63,944 nt of DNA, filler included, from an uncultured bacterium (GCA_964371695.1; 5 parts of 5 records of this genome joined end to end with filler, not necessarily neighbours in it); one strand, 5' to 3'; numbered from the whole stretch's first letter, positions 30,804 to 40,231 are shown. Translations and numbers: made by a program. The notes: generated by a model not told the origin, from the sequence alone.

Positions 30804-33427
30804 GGCGCGCTCTCTTCCAGCATCTGGCGAAAACGGGCTTCGAGGGTGTGGATGACTTCGTCCATGTTCAGCTTGAACAGATAGTTGTCAAAACCGGCCT
30901 CGATGCCCAGGCGCACAGTGTCTTCGTCCCGTTCGTTGGTGACGGCTATGACGGTCAGGTGATCACCGGGTTTTTCCTGCTGGCGGATCTGATTGACAAA
31001 AGCGATGCCGTCCATGTTGGGCATGTTCACGTCACTGATAACCAGATCAGGCTGCCCGGTCTCGAGTTTTTCCAGGCCGGTCACGCCGTCCTCTGCGAGG
31101 TCCACCGCATAGCCTTCTGACTCCAACCGTGTCTTGAGCAGGCTGCGGATGGTTTTGCTGTCATCCACCACCAGAATGCGTTTTTTCTGAACGTCTGAGA
31201 CAGGGGCGGCCTGTTTTTCCTTTTTTATTTTTTGGGGTGCTGCGTGGTCTGGAGTCTTGACTGAAACGGCTCTTTTGCCCCCCCATTCGCTGAGTTTTTC
31301 ACTGGACAGTAACCTCTCCGCCATGCCGTTGACCAGCACCTCGGTTTCCACGCCTTCCACCGGCGTGTCTGTGCTTTTTATCCTGGGCACGGCGACGGCG
31401 TCGAGAATTTCCTGCACACACAGGCCCATGGGGGGCGACTGGTTCATCACCACCACGGGCCACTGATCTGGGTTTACCACCGGAGCCAGGGGCAGCCAGT
31501 CCTGGGCCATCACCAGATTCATGAGTTGACCCCGGTAGGTCATCAGCCGCCTCCCCGCACCCTGCTGGATGGCGCTGGCTTCCACGTTTTCCAGACGCGC
31601 TACATCGCTCAGGCGCACCGCCAGTGTGACGCTTCCCTGCCGCAGCAGCAGCAGGGCTTCTGTTTCTTCGGGGATGGTTTCCGCTTCGTCCTTTTCGTTT
31701 TCAAGCGTTGTTTCTTCGTGCAGGTTGGCCCGTTTGGTCAGGCCCGCCGGGTCCAGAATCAGCGCCGCTTCGCCTCCCCCGCGAATGGTGCCGCCGGAAT
31801 AAACCCCCAGTGCGCCCAGTTCGCGGCTCAGGGGTTTCACCACGATTTCCTCGGTGTCCATCACCCGGTCCACCGCCACCACCAGCACCCGTCCGGCGGT
31901 GTCCAGCACCAAGCCATACATGCCGGGTGTGAGCAATTCCGCACCCCCCAGCAATCCTTGCAGTGTATAAAGCGGCAACAGGCGGCCCCGCAGCCGCAGC
32001 ATGTGGCCGCCGCTCACCTGACGCACCATGGACTGAAAATTGGCCTCGGTGAAATGCACCACTTCCTTCACCGAAGCCTGGGGAATGGCCATGACCTCGT
32101 TCCCGTTCTGAATCATCACCGCAGGCAGAATCGCCAGGGTGAGCGGCAGGGTGAGATGCGCCGAAAGGCCCTTTTCGGGAACCGACACCAGCGTGACCGT
32201 GCCCCCCAGCGATTCAATGCGCGCCTTCACCACGTCCATGCCCACGCCCCGGCCACTGATGTTGCTGGTTTGTTCGCGCGTGCTGAAGCCGGGGTGAAAA
32301 ATCAATTCCATCAACTGGTTGTGATCCATGCGGCTCAACTGGGCTTCACTCAACAGGTTTTGCCGCAGGGCCTGGGCCTTGAGGGTTTCCAGATGAATGC
32401 CGCTGCCGTCATCCTGCACCAGCAGATGCACCCGGCCGCCCTCGTGATAGGCCCGCAGACAAAGCGTGCCCCGCGCAGGCTTCCCTTTGGCTTCACGCTC
32501 GGCGGGCGACTCAATGCCGTGATCCAGCGCGTTGCGCACCAAGTGGGTGAGGGCGTCTTTCAGACCCTCCAGAAGGGTGCGGTCCAGCTCTGTTTCGCCG
32601 CCCTGAAAATCTACCCGGCATTCCTTGCCCAGAGCCAGGCACAGCTCCCTCACCTGTCTGGGAATGGTGGAAAACACCTGTGCAACAGGCTGCATGCGGG
32701 TTTTGAGGATGTTCTCCTGCAAGGCGGTGGTGATGGCGTTGAGCCGCTGGATGTAATCGTTGCTGAAACTGCCGGGCTGTGTCTGGCTCTGTTGCAGCAA
32801 CTGGTTGCGCGTGAGCACCAGTTCACCCACCAGATTCATGAGGTTGTCCAGCAAAGGGGTGCTCACACGAATGGTGTTATCCCGCGCCCCGGCTGCGCCA
32901 AAGCCCGTTTCGGCCAGAATGGGACCAGGGATTTCGGTGAGGCCCGGAATGGCCCCTGCAACCGGTTCTGGTTCAATCGTTTCAGAGCATGTTTCCGGTG
33001 TTGGTGTTTCTGCGGGGATTTGCGAAGGGGAGGGGAGGGCGCCCTGCCCCGCAAGGGTGTTGATGAGTCCTTCTACCTGGGCGGTAAAGGCTCCGTTTTC
33101 CCTGAGTTCCCCCAGCAGGCCCCCCAGCGTATCGTTGCAACGCAAAAGCACGCTGGCCAGACTGGTGGTGAGCATGCTGGCATCGTTGCGGATGACGCTG
33201 AGGGGTTCTTCCATCGCATGGCACAGCCGCTCAATGGCAGAAAAACCAAAAAATGCGGCATTGCCCTTGATGGTGTGTACCACACGGAAAAGGTTCTTGG
33301 CGGCGGTGTGATCGTGGGGGCTTCCCTCCAGCGTCATCAGGGCGGCGCTGATGGTGACCATGCCCTCGCGCACCTCGGCCAGGAACTCTTCACGGGCCTG
33401 TTGCAGTTCATCAATTTCGTTGGACAT
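30800..33427 (-). CDS. cheA: Hybrid CheA (HPt, dimerisation, HATPase, two CheW-like domains, REC)
   Basis: FRVVHTIKG, LMNLVGELVLTRNQ, HLVRNALDHGIE, DDGSG, SGRGVGMDVV, C-terminal REC (VVDDS, ISDVNMP). Confidence 0.95.
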   Translation of the reverse strand: MSNEIDELQQAREEFLAEVREGMVTISAALMTLEGSPHDHTAAKNLFRVVHTIKGNAAFFGFSAIERLCHAMEEPLSVIRNDASMLTTSLASVLLRCNDTLGGLLGELRENGAFTAQVEGLINTLAGQGALPSPSQIPAETPTPETCSETIEPEPVAGAIPGLTEIPGPILAETGFGAAGARDNTIRVSTPLLDNLMNLVGELVLTRNQLLQQSQTQPGSFSNDYIQRLNAITTALQENILKTRMQPVAQVFSTIPRQVRELCLALGKECRVDFQGGETELDRTLLEGLKDALTHLVRNALDHGIESPAEREAKGKPARGTLCLRAYHEGGRVHLLVQDDGSGIHLETLKAQALRQNLLSEAQLSRMDHNQLMELIFHPGFSTREQTSNISGRGVGMDVVKARIESLGGTVTLVSVPEKGLSAHLTLPLTLAILPAVMIQNGNEVMAIPQASVKEVVHFTEANFQSMVRQVSGGHMLRLRGRLLPLYTLQGLLGGAELLTPGMYGLVLDTAGRVLVVAVDRVMDTEEIVVKPLSRELGALGVYSGGTIRGGGEAALILDPAGLTKRANLHEETTLENEKDEAETIPEETEALLLLRQGSVTLAVRLSDVARLENVEASAIQQGAGRRLMTYRGQLMNLVMAQDWLPLAPVVNPDQWPVVVMNQSPPMGLCVQEILDAVAVPRIKSTDTPVEGVETEVLVNGMAERLLSSEKLSEWGGKRAVSVKTPDHAAPQKIKKEKQAAPVSDVQKKRILVVDDSKTIRSLLKTRLESEGYAVDLAEDGVTGLEKLETGQPDLVISDVNMPNMDGIAFVNQIRQQEKPGDHLTVIAVTNERDEDTVRLGIEAGFDNYLFKLNMDEVIHTLEARFRQMLEESAP

Positions 33428-33474
33428 GGTTTTTGGGTTCTCGTGCAGGGGGTGTTGGGGTGCAGGAGGGCCTT

Positions 33475-33491
33475 GGCAATCAACAGGCCAA
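33475..33491 (-). promoter_or_regulatory. sigma54 (-24/-12) promoter upstream of cheA
   Basis: TTGGC-CTGTTGA-TTGCC about 50 nt before the cheA ATG, in AT-rich DNA. Confidence 0.6.
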
Positions 33492-33553
33492 TTTGCAAAA
33501 CGAAAAGGTGAAAAACTACTGAATCAAAAATTGTTTGAAGTAGAAAACTGGCA

Positions 33554-34042
33554 TCACGAGGCGGTGGCGCAGGCCGACATGGGTTGCAGATGACTTCTCA
33601 CCACATCCCGGAAACTGCTCTGATTGGCCGCGTGAAAATAAAAAGTTTTGTTGAGTACGGCGTTGGCCCCGGCGGCCTTCACCTGATCCATCAAGACGGG
33701 ATCGTTTTCAGAAGTCAGCACCAGAATGGGTATCAGTCGGCCCGCTTGGGGAAACAGGGACGAAATCATGCTCAAGGCCGGGTCCAGCACATTGCCCCGC
33801 ACAATCTGCACCAGTTGAAATCCTCCAAGCGCAGCTGTGACCGGAGCAATGGGCAATCCCTTGCAACGCAGGCCCGTGAGCACCAGGTCCACCGGGCGAC
33901 CGGTCTGCTGTCGATGGCTGAGGGTCTGAAGGGCGTCTTGCAGGTTGTCCTGGGCAATCAGTTCTGGCGCGCCCAATGGTTTGAGCAGAAGCGAAAGGAT
34001 GCTCTTGACGACTTTTGAATCATCCACTGACAACACGGTCAT
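33554..34042 (-). CDS. Atypical single-domain response regulator (pseudo-receiver)
   Basis: VLSVDDS, DLVLTG (Gly at the phospho-Asp site), ILVLTS, GANAVLNK; TAATG-coupled to the upstream gene. Confidence 0.75.
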   Translation of the reverse strand: MTVLSVDDSKVVKSILSLLLKPLGAPELIAQDNLQDALQTLSHRQQTGRPVDLVLTGLRCKGLPIAPVTAALGGFQLVQIVRGNVLDPALSMISSLFPQAGRLIPILVLTSENDPVLMDQVKAAGANAVLNKTFYFHAANQSSFRDVVRSHLQPMSACATAS

Positions 34043-34311
34043 TAAGAGCCTCCTCGAGAAAGTGTCATTTCCCTGCCAAGGCTTGCCTTGAGCATGGCTT
34101 GGCAAAGGGCGTCGGCCTTGGGGCCATGCCACTGGCCCAGCAGGGCCTTGCGGGCGTTTTGCCGTTTGATGCCGTGGTGATCACACCAGCGGTTAAAGGA
34201 AGTTCCCTGGGCCACAAAACCACCCCGAACACGCTGATACAGGCTGATGGAGGGACCTTCTGAGCCTTGTCCATTGTCAGCGGAAGAGATGTCAAGGATG
34301 AAATAACTCAT
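34042..34311 (-). CDS. Small phage-type (Ner/Cro-like) DNA-binding protein
   Basis: LYQRVRGGFVAQGTSFNRWCDHHGIKRQNARKALLGQWHGPKA resembles HTH proteins I recall from Mu-like prophage immunity regions; divergent from an XRE gene. Confidence 0.6.
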   Translation of the reverse strand: MSYFILDISSADNGQGSEGPSISLYQRVRGGFVAQGTSFNRWCDHHGIKRQNARKALLGQWHGPKADALCQAMLKASLGREMTLSRGGS

Positions 34312-34321
34312 GAATGTTGCT

Positions 34322-34349
34322 ATTGTGCAAACGAAATAGGAAATGTCAA
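34322..34349 (-). promoter_or_regulatory. sigma70-like promoter for the Ner-like/REC unit
   Basis: TTGACA-N16-CACAAT. Confidence 0.45.
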
Positions 34350-34379
34350 ACACAAAAATATAAAAATTAACTTCAATTG

Positions 34380-34395
34380 TGTGATGCCGCTCACA
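34380..34395. promoter_or_regulatory. CRP-family binding site
   Basis: Perfect TGTGA-TGCCGC-TCACA with AT-rich flanks. Confidence 0.7.
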
Positions 34396-34644
34396 ATCAG
34401 TTACGAAGATAATAAAACCCCTTTATCCTTTATATGGGCGCAGGAGAGAAACAATGATGATGCAAGAACGCATGGAACGAACGCTTGGCCAAAAAAGGTC
34501 CATAAAAGCACGCTTTTTTTGGTACGAACTCGTTTTTGTTCCTCCTACCATCGGTTCGTGTCCGAAGCAAAAAAATAGAAATGGATTGGTAGACAAAAGG
34601 CGTCTTGGTCGTGTTTCTTCATTTTTGAATCAAAGTTTGCCAAA

Positions 34645-35160
34645 ATGCATTTATTCCTTTTGAATACCAACCCTCCAGAAGATATTGCATTGTCAAAGGC
34701 TGATACATGTCAGGACGGGGCAGTGGCGGAGCGTTTGCGCCGGGTGCGGGAGACACTGGGTTTGACGCAAGACGAGTTTTCCTCCCGCCTGCTGCTTTCC
34801 ATGACGGGTTACCAGAACTACGAAAACGGCAAGCGCAAGGCCCCCAAGGAGCTGGTGATCCAGATGTACCTCCAGTTTGGTGTTTCCCCCACCTGGCTTC
34901 TCACCGGTTTGCCGCCCGTGTTTGTCCAGCACACGACTGTGGACTCTTCTCTGAGTGAATTGCTTCATTTGAGTGGAGCGCCACAAGACGTGGTGGATTT
35001 TTCTCACAATGGCGACGGCAAAGAGGCCATCAAGGCGTGGCTGGATGACTTTTGGAAAACGGCCAGCGTGCGCGAAAAAGTGTGGTTGGAAGTGCAGTTT
35101 GAACAGAGTTTTCCGGCGTTCATGCAGTGGCTGTCCCGCAGGGGGCCCAGCGGAGGTTGA
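34645..35160 (+). CDS. XRE-family HTH regulator (phage-repressor-like; true start probably 34690 or 34723)
   Basis: ERLRRVRETLGLTQDEFS..YQNYENGKR..GVSPTWLLTG; Trp-rich C-terminal domain. Confidence 0.85.
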   Translation: MHLFLLNTNPPEDIALSKADTCQDGAVAERLRRVRETLGLTQDEFSSRLLLSMTGYQNYENGKRKAPKELVIQMYLQFGVSPTWLLTGLPPVFVQHTTVDSSLSELLHLSGAPQDVVDFSHNGDGKEAIKAWLDDFWKTASVREKVWLEVQFEQSFPAFMQWLSRRGPSGG

Positions 35161-35637
35161 CCGTCATTCCCACGGCAAACGCCGGGGGACAAATCCCAGG
35201 CGGGCCAAAAGTGGGTTTGGCTTGGGCGATGGCGGCGGGCTGGGTTGGCGCAGGGCCGTGGCCATCTCCCGTCGTTTACCTGCCAAAAGAGCCACCCCCT
35301 GGCCGGTGGAAAAAACCCACAGGTCTTCGCCCAGCCCCTGGCGGTGTTCTGGGGCAGATAGACAAAAGGAATGCAGGGCAGGGGGTGACATGGATAAGGA
35401 GGTGACGGTTTTTTTCTGAACATTCCATTTTTCGGTCAATGGCATGGTGTGGGGCTGGAAATTAAGGAGTACCTGAATGAAACATCACGGAAAAATCTTG
35501 ATTTTTGATAAAAAACAGAAAAGTTTAATGCTATTTTTCTGCCAAGCATTGCTATTTCATTATAAGGCTACCCACTCAGGTTCACGCTTTGCCGTTTGCG
35601 GTGGAAGCTAGCCTGACTGCCCAAGGAAGACCTTTTT

Positions 35638-36465
35638 ATGGCCCACCAGCACATTCACCCCACCGCCAGCATTCACCCCAGCGCTCAATTGGGCGAGGGG
35701 GTCACGATTGGCCCCGGCGTGTCCATCGCGGCGGGTGTCGTCATCGGCGAAGGCTGCGCCATCCACCACGGTGCGTTTATTGATGAAAACACCGTGATGG
35801 GCAAACACAATCAGGTGTTTCCCTACGCCGTCATCGGCACCCCGCCACAGGACATCAAGTTCCGGGGTGAAAAATCGGGCGTGGTGCTGGGCGATCGCAA
35901 CGTGGTGCGGGAGTTCTGCACCATCAACCGCGCCAGCGGTGAAGGCGAAAACACTACCGTGGGCAACGGCTGTTTTCTGCTCATCACCAGCCACATCGGC
36001 CACAACAGCCACCTGGGCAACGGCGTGGTGCTCACCAATCAGGTGTCTTTGGGCGGCCACATGGAAATCAGTGACAACGTGACTTTTGGCGGCATGAGCG
36101 GCGCGCACCAGTTTGTAAGGGTGGGGCGGCTGGCCATGATTGGCGGTTACAGCGCGCTTTTGAACGACGTGCCCCCCTTCATGCTGGTGAAGGGCGGCTA
36201 CCGAGCGGGCATTTTTCGCATCAACAGCGTGGGTCTGCAACGCAGCGGCGTGAGCGACGACACCATCCATCTGCTGCAACAGGCCCTGGATGGCCCCATG
36301 CACCAACTCAACGAAAAAAACCCTGATTACGCAAAAGTCTCTGCCGAGGTGGCCGCCCTGGGGCCTGCCCCCGAAGTGCAGGAACTCGCCGACTTTTTGA
36401 AACAGCCCACCAAAAGGGGATACTGCACAGTGATAGACCGCGCCAAACGGGGGGATGAAGAATGA
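35638..36465 (+). CDS. lpxA: Acyl-ACP--UDP-N-acetylglucosamine O-acyltransferase
   Basis: IHPTASIHP hexapeptide repeats, GTPPQD, REFCTINR, HIGHNS, HQFVRVG, DVPPF. Confidence 0.93.
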   Translation: MAHQHIHPTASIHPSAQLGEGVTIGPGVSIAAGVVIGEGCAIHHGAFIDENTVMGKHNQVFPYAVIGTPPQDIKFRGEKSGVVLGDRNVVREFCTINRASGEGENTTVGNGCFLLITSHIGHNSHLGNGVVLTNQVSLGGHMEISDNVTFGGMSGAHQFVRVGRLAMIGGYSALLNDVPPFMLVKGGYRAGIFRINSVGLQRSGVSDDTIHLLQQALDGPMHQLNEKNPDYAKVSAEVAALGPAPEVQELADFLKQPTKRGYCTVIDRAKRGDEE

Positions 36466-37439
36466 AAAAAGTGCGAGTGGGGGTTATCGGTGCTGGCAAA
36501 ATGGGCCAGCATCACATTCGCATTTGGGAGCAGTTCCCCGGCGTGGAACTCATCGGGTTTGCCGACCCCAACGAACTGGCCAGGGCCGAGGTGGCCAAAA
36601 AGTTTTCCGTCACCGGCTTTGCCGACTATCACGAACTGCTGGATCAGAATCTGGACGCCGTGAGCGTGGTGGTGCCCACCACCATTCACAAAGAAGTCGC
36701 CCTGGCGGCCATTGAGGCCGGTTGTCACCTGTTGGTGGAAAAACCCCTCGCCGACACCGTGGCCAATGGCCGCGACATCATCAGCCACGCCAAAAAATAT
36801 GACCGCCGCCTGATGGTGGGGCACATCGAGCGTTTCAACCCCGCCGTGCAGATGCTGCGGGAGATCATCTCAGACGGCATTCTGGGCGAAGTGGTCACCA
36901 TCTCCAGCAAGCGGGTGGGGCCTTATCCGGGGCGCATTCAAGACAGCGGCATCATTCTGGACCTCGCCCCCCACGACGTGGATATCTTCTGTTATCTCAT
37001 GAACTCGGCCATCACCCAGGCGTTCACCATCGCGGGCAGCCGGGTACACACCCACGAAGACCACGCCAGCATCATGCTCAAGTTCGCCAGCGGTCAGGCC
37101 GGGCACATCGACCTGAGCTGGCTCACCCCCCACAAGGTGCGTGAACTGAATGTGGTGGGGCTGAACGGCGTGGCCAGCCTGGATTTTGTGGCCCAGAGCA
37201 TTGTGGTGTACGACAAGTCCTGGGCCCGTGAGGCGAAGGTGCAAAAAAAAGAACCTTTGCTGAATGAACTGGAATTTTTCCTGGACATCGTGAAGGGCAA
37301 GCGCGAACCCCTGGTGACCGGCGAAGACAGCCTCTATGCCCTGCACGTGGCGCTGAACTGCATCGCCAGTTACCAAACCAACACCATCCGCCCCATCTAT
37401 CTGGCTGAGGAACCCCAGGCCAAAGAAATGAGCAGTTAA
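36462..37439 (+). CDS. Gfo/Idh/MocA oxidoreductase, GnnA/WbpB-like UDP-sugar 3-dehydrogenase
   Basis: GVIGAGKMG, VEKP, VGHIERFNPA, DLAPHDVD; overlaps the lpxA stop. Confidence 0.85.
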   Translation: MKKVRVGVIGAGKMGQHHIRIWEQFPGVELIGFADPNELARAEVAKKFSVTGFADYHELLDQNLDAVSVVVPTTIHKEVALAAIEAGCHLLVEKPLADTVANGRDIISHAKKYDRRLMVGHIERFNPAVQMLREIISDGILGEVVTISSKRVGPYPGRIQDSGIILDLAPHDVDIFCYLMNSAITQAFTIAGSRVHTHEDHASIMLKFASGQAGHIDLSWLTPHKVRELNVVGLNGVASLDFVAQSIVVYDKSWAREAKVQKKEPLLNELEFFLDIVKGKREPLVTGEDSLYALHVALNCIASYQTNTIRPIYLAEEPQAKEMSS

Positions 37440-37479
37440 GACTCCTCAAGGTTTGTGTGGGTGATTTTGGTTGTTCACG

Positions 37480-37692
37480 CGGGGGCGCGTTGCCCCCGCA
37501 CCCCCACCGGGGGAACAAATGAAGATGAAAGCCATTGACCCTCCATGGCGGATGGTCCCAGGGCATCCCCGCTATCGCCTTCTCGCGGCTGGGTGCCCCA
37601 ATGGGCACCCAGAAAGACTCCGCTCGAACTCGTAGATGCCCGTTCGGCGGGCCAGAGCATCAATATGCTCTGGCAGAACCCCGCCTCACCCC
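37480..37692. repeat. Structured repeat (family F), second copy at 44925-45084
   Basis: Shared GAAAGCC..TCCATGGCGG..CCAGGGCATCC[variable]GATGCCCGTTCGGCGGGC..GCATCAATATGCTCTGGCA..ACCCCGCCTCACCCC. Confidence 0.8.
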
Positions 37693-37732
37693 TCATTCAC
37701 AGGCACACAAAAATCCATCGGCCTGATTCCCG

Positions 37733-38833
37733 TTATCCCCACAACCCCTCAAAAATTTCTTTTTCCATGGGTGACGTGGCGGCGACATTCAGGGCTTCCA
37801 CCACGTGAGGAGCTGATTTCAAACCCACCAGCGCGGCGCCCATTCCCGGTGTGCTGCGGGTGAACTGGATGGCCGCCGAGGCGTCGGTGGGGCTCCCCAG
37901 TTTTTCCTTCAGGCCGGGGGCCAAGCCACGGCTGAGTTGTCCCTGAAACAACGAGGCGCTGGCAAAAACGAACAGGTTCAGATCCTGCGCCAGTTGCAGT
38001 GTGCTGAGGGTGTCCTCACCCCTGGGCTGGTTGGGGAAACGATACCCTTCGGTCATGGCCAGATTCACCGGCAACTGAATGGCGCCGAAGTGGTGATGCT
38101 CTCCGCCCACGGCGCGGGCGGTGTCCCACACCTTTTGCAGGCCGTGAAAGTTGGGTTCGTCCGGCGCGACACGAAAACCGTTCCAGGTGGCCAGGCCATA
38201 CACACCAATGCGCCCGGCTGCGGCCTCTGTCTCCAGTGCTTCAAAAGCCAGGGCCAGCGCGGCGAAAAATTCTTCTTCGCCCAGGTGTTCGATTTGCATT
38301 TCAATGTTGTGCAGGTGATATACGTCCAGAGTCTCCACCTGCATGTTGGACAGGCTTTTTTGAATCTGGTGACGCAGATAGGCCGGTGTCATCACGTGGC
38401 AACCGGCCACGATGTCATCGGTTTTCACCACGCCGGTCTGAATCAGTTCTTCGTGCAGATACACCCGTGCGGGGCGGGGGTCGCGGGCGTCGGGGCTGAG
38501 GAAACCGCCTTTGGTGGCCAGCAGCACGGCGCTGCGGGGGATGCCCTCTTGGTCCAGCAGCGCCAGCGCCTGGGCCACGCAACCCTCTGAGCGCTGGTTG
38601 CGATAATTGATGGCGGTGTCCAGCATGTTCAGGCCACCCCTCACGGCGGCTGCCATGGCGGCGACATAAAGCTGGTCGGTGGCTTCGTCGGGCTCACCCA
38701 GATAACTGCCCGCGCCGATGCTGGAAACGGGCCTGCCCCAGAAGTCCCGCCAGTGTCGCGCCGCCAGTTCGGGGAAGTTTTGGGCCTAGCTGGCGGCGGC
38801 CTTGCCGTCAAAAGAGCCGAGGTGGTTTTTCAT
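37733..38833 (-). pseudogene. Aldo/keto reductase with an in-frame TAG at codon 16
   Basis: MKNHLGSFDGKAAAS*AQNFPEL..VSSIGAGSYLG..DTAINYRNQRSE..TKGG..LHN; TAG at 38786-38788. Confidence 0.75.
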
Positions 38834-38932
38834 AACGCCAAGATAACCGGGGACGTTGGGGTTTTGGAAAGCCCAAGCAGATTTGCGCATTACCGGAGCC
38901 GCGAATCCGCCGCCTTTGTTAAACTGCGCGCC

Positions 38933-40231
38933 ATGTCAAAGACCAGCAAAAACAAACCCCGCAAAATTGGTGTAGCGCTTTATGGCGCAGGCACGGTGGG
39001 TGGTGCGGTGCTCGCGGCGCTGAAGCAGAACCACCAGCATTATGCCGAAAGCTCTGGTGTGGTGTTTGACGTGCGCCACGTGGTGACCCGCAAAAAACGC
39101 ACCGGCCCCTGGCCCTATACCACCAGCCTGCAAAAACCCCTGCAGGACCCCGCCGTGGAGATGGTGGTGGAGGTGATGGGGGGTGAAACCGACGCGCTCG
39201 ACGTAATTCGTCAGGGGCTGGCCACTGGCCGCGCGGTGGTGACCGCCAACAAGGCCGTGCTGGCCAAACACGCCGAGGAGCTTTTCACCACACCCGGCTG
39301 TCACAACGCCCAGGGCCAGACACCGCTTTATTTCGAAGCCAGTGTGGCAGGGGGCATTCCCGTCATCGGCCCGGTCACCAGCAGCCTGCGCTCCAGCCGC
39401 ATCCACCGACTCATGGGCATTCTCAACGGCACCACCAATTACATCCTCACGCGCATGCAGAACGAAGGCGCACCTTTGGAAGACGCGCTGAAACAGGCCC
39501 AGGCGCTGGGTTATGCCGAGGCCGACGCCAGTTTTGACGTGGATGGCCACGATGCCCTGCACAAACTCACCATTCTGGCCATGCTGGTCAGCGGGCGATT
39601 TGTGGACTGGCGCAAGCTGCACCGCGAGGGCATTGGCGGTGTGGCGGCCCGTGACATCACGTATGCCTGCGAACTGGGATATCGCATCAAGCTGCTGGCC
39701 ATGGTGCAGCAGTTGCCGGGCGGAAAGTTGGACGCCCGTGTGCATCCGGCGCTGCTGCCGCTGGCCCACCCGCTGGCCCATGTGGATGGCGTGCTCAACG
39801 GCATTTATCTGCAAGCCGAGCCCCTTGGGCCCCTCATGCTGGTGGGGCGTGGCGCGGGGGGCGGCCCCACCGCCGCCAGCGTCATCGCCGACATGCTCGC
39901 AGCAGCCACCAGTCCGCCGCCGCCGTTGCATTGGCACGGCCACGCCAGTCTTCTGCCCGCCGCCGAAATCACCAGCCGGTTTTATCTGCGCCTGACCGTG
40001 AAGGACAAAACCGGCGTGCTGGCGGCCACCAGCCAGGTGTTTTCGGCCCATGCCGTGGGCATCCACTCCCTCATTCAAAAAGGGGTGGACGCAGGCGAAG
40101 CCGAGATGGTGTGGATCACCCACGCCGTGACGGAGAAAAACCTGCGGGCGGCGCTCAGGGAAATCCGCCAGCAGAAAATCATCAAAAACGTGGCGTCGGT
40201 GATCCGTGTGGAAGACGCCCCAGCGGGGTGA
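38933..40231 (+). CDS. hom: Homoserine dehydrogenase with ACT domain
   Basis: GAGTVG, VVTANKA, FEASVAGGIP, GILNGTTNYIL, GYAEAD..DVDG.D..K. Confidence 0.96.
   Translation: MSKTSKNKPRKIGVALYGAGTVGGAVLAALKQNHQHYAESSGVVFDVRHVVTRKKRTGPWPYTTSLQKPLQDPAVEMVVEVMGGETDALDVIRQGLATGRAVVTANKAVLAKHAEELFTTPGCHNAQGQTPLYFEASVAGGIPVIGPVTSSLRSSRIHRLMGILNGTTNYILTRMQNEGAPLEDALKQAQALGYAEADASFDVDGHDALHKLTILAMLVSGRFVDWRKLHREGIGGVAARDITYACELGYRIKLLAMVQQLPGGKLDARVHPALLPLAHPLAHVDGVLNGIYLQAEPLGPLMLVGRGAGGGPTAASVIADMLAAATSPPPPLHWHGHASLLPAAEITSRFYLRLTVKDKTGVLAATSQVFSAHAVGIHSLIQKGVDAGEAEMVWITHAVTEKNLRAALREIRQQKIIKNVASVIRVEDAPAG

Noticed and set aside
35164-35545. Small minus-strand ORF with a TTGGC-N7-TAGC sigma54-like motif
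   Set aside because: Imperfect -12 box, no SD and no recognisable protein; too weak to call
33554-35600. Intact prophage
   Set aside because: Only two regulator-like genes; no integrase, transposase, structural genes or att sites seen
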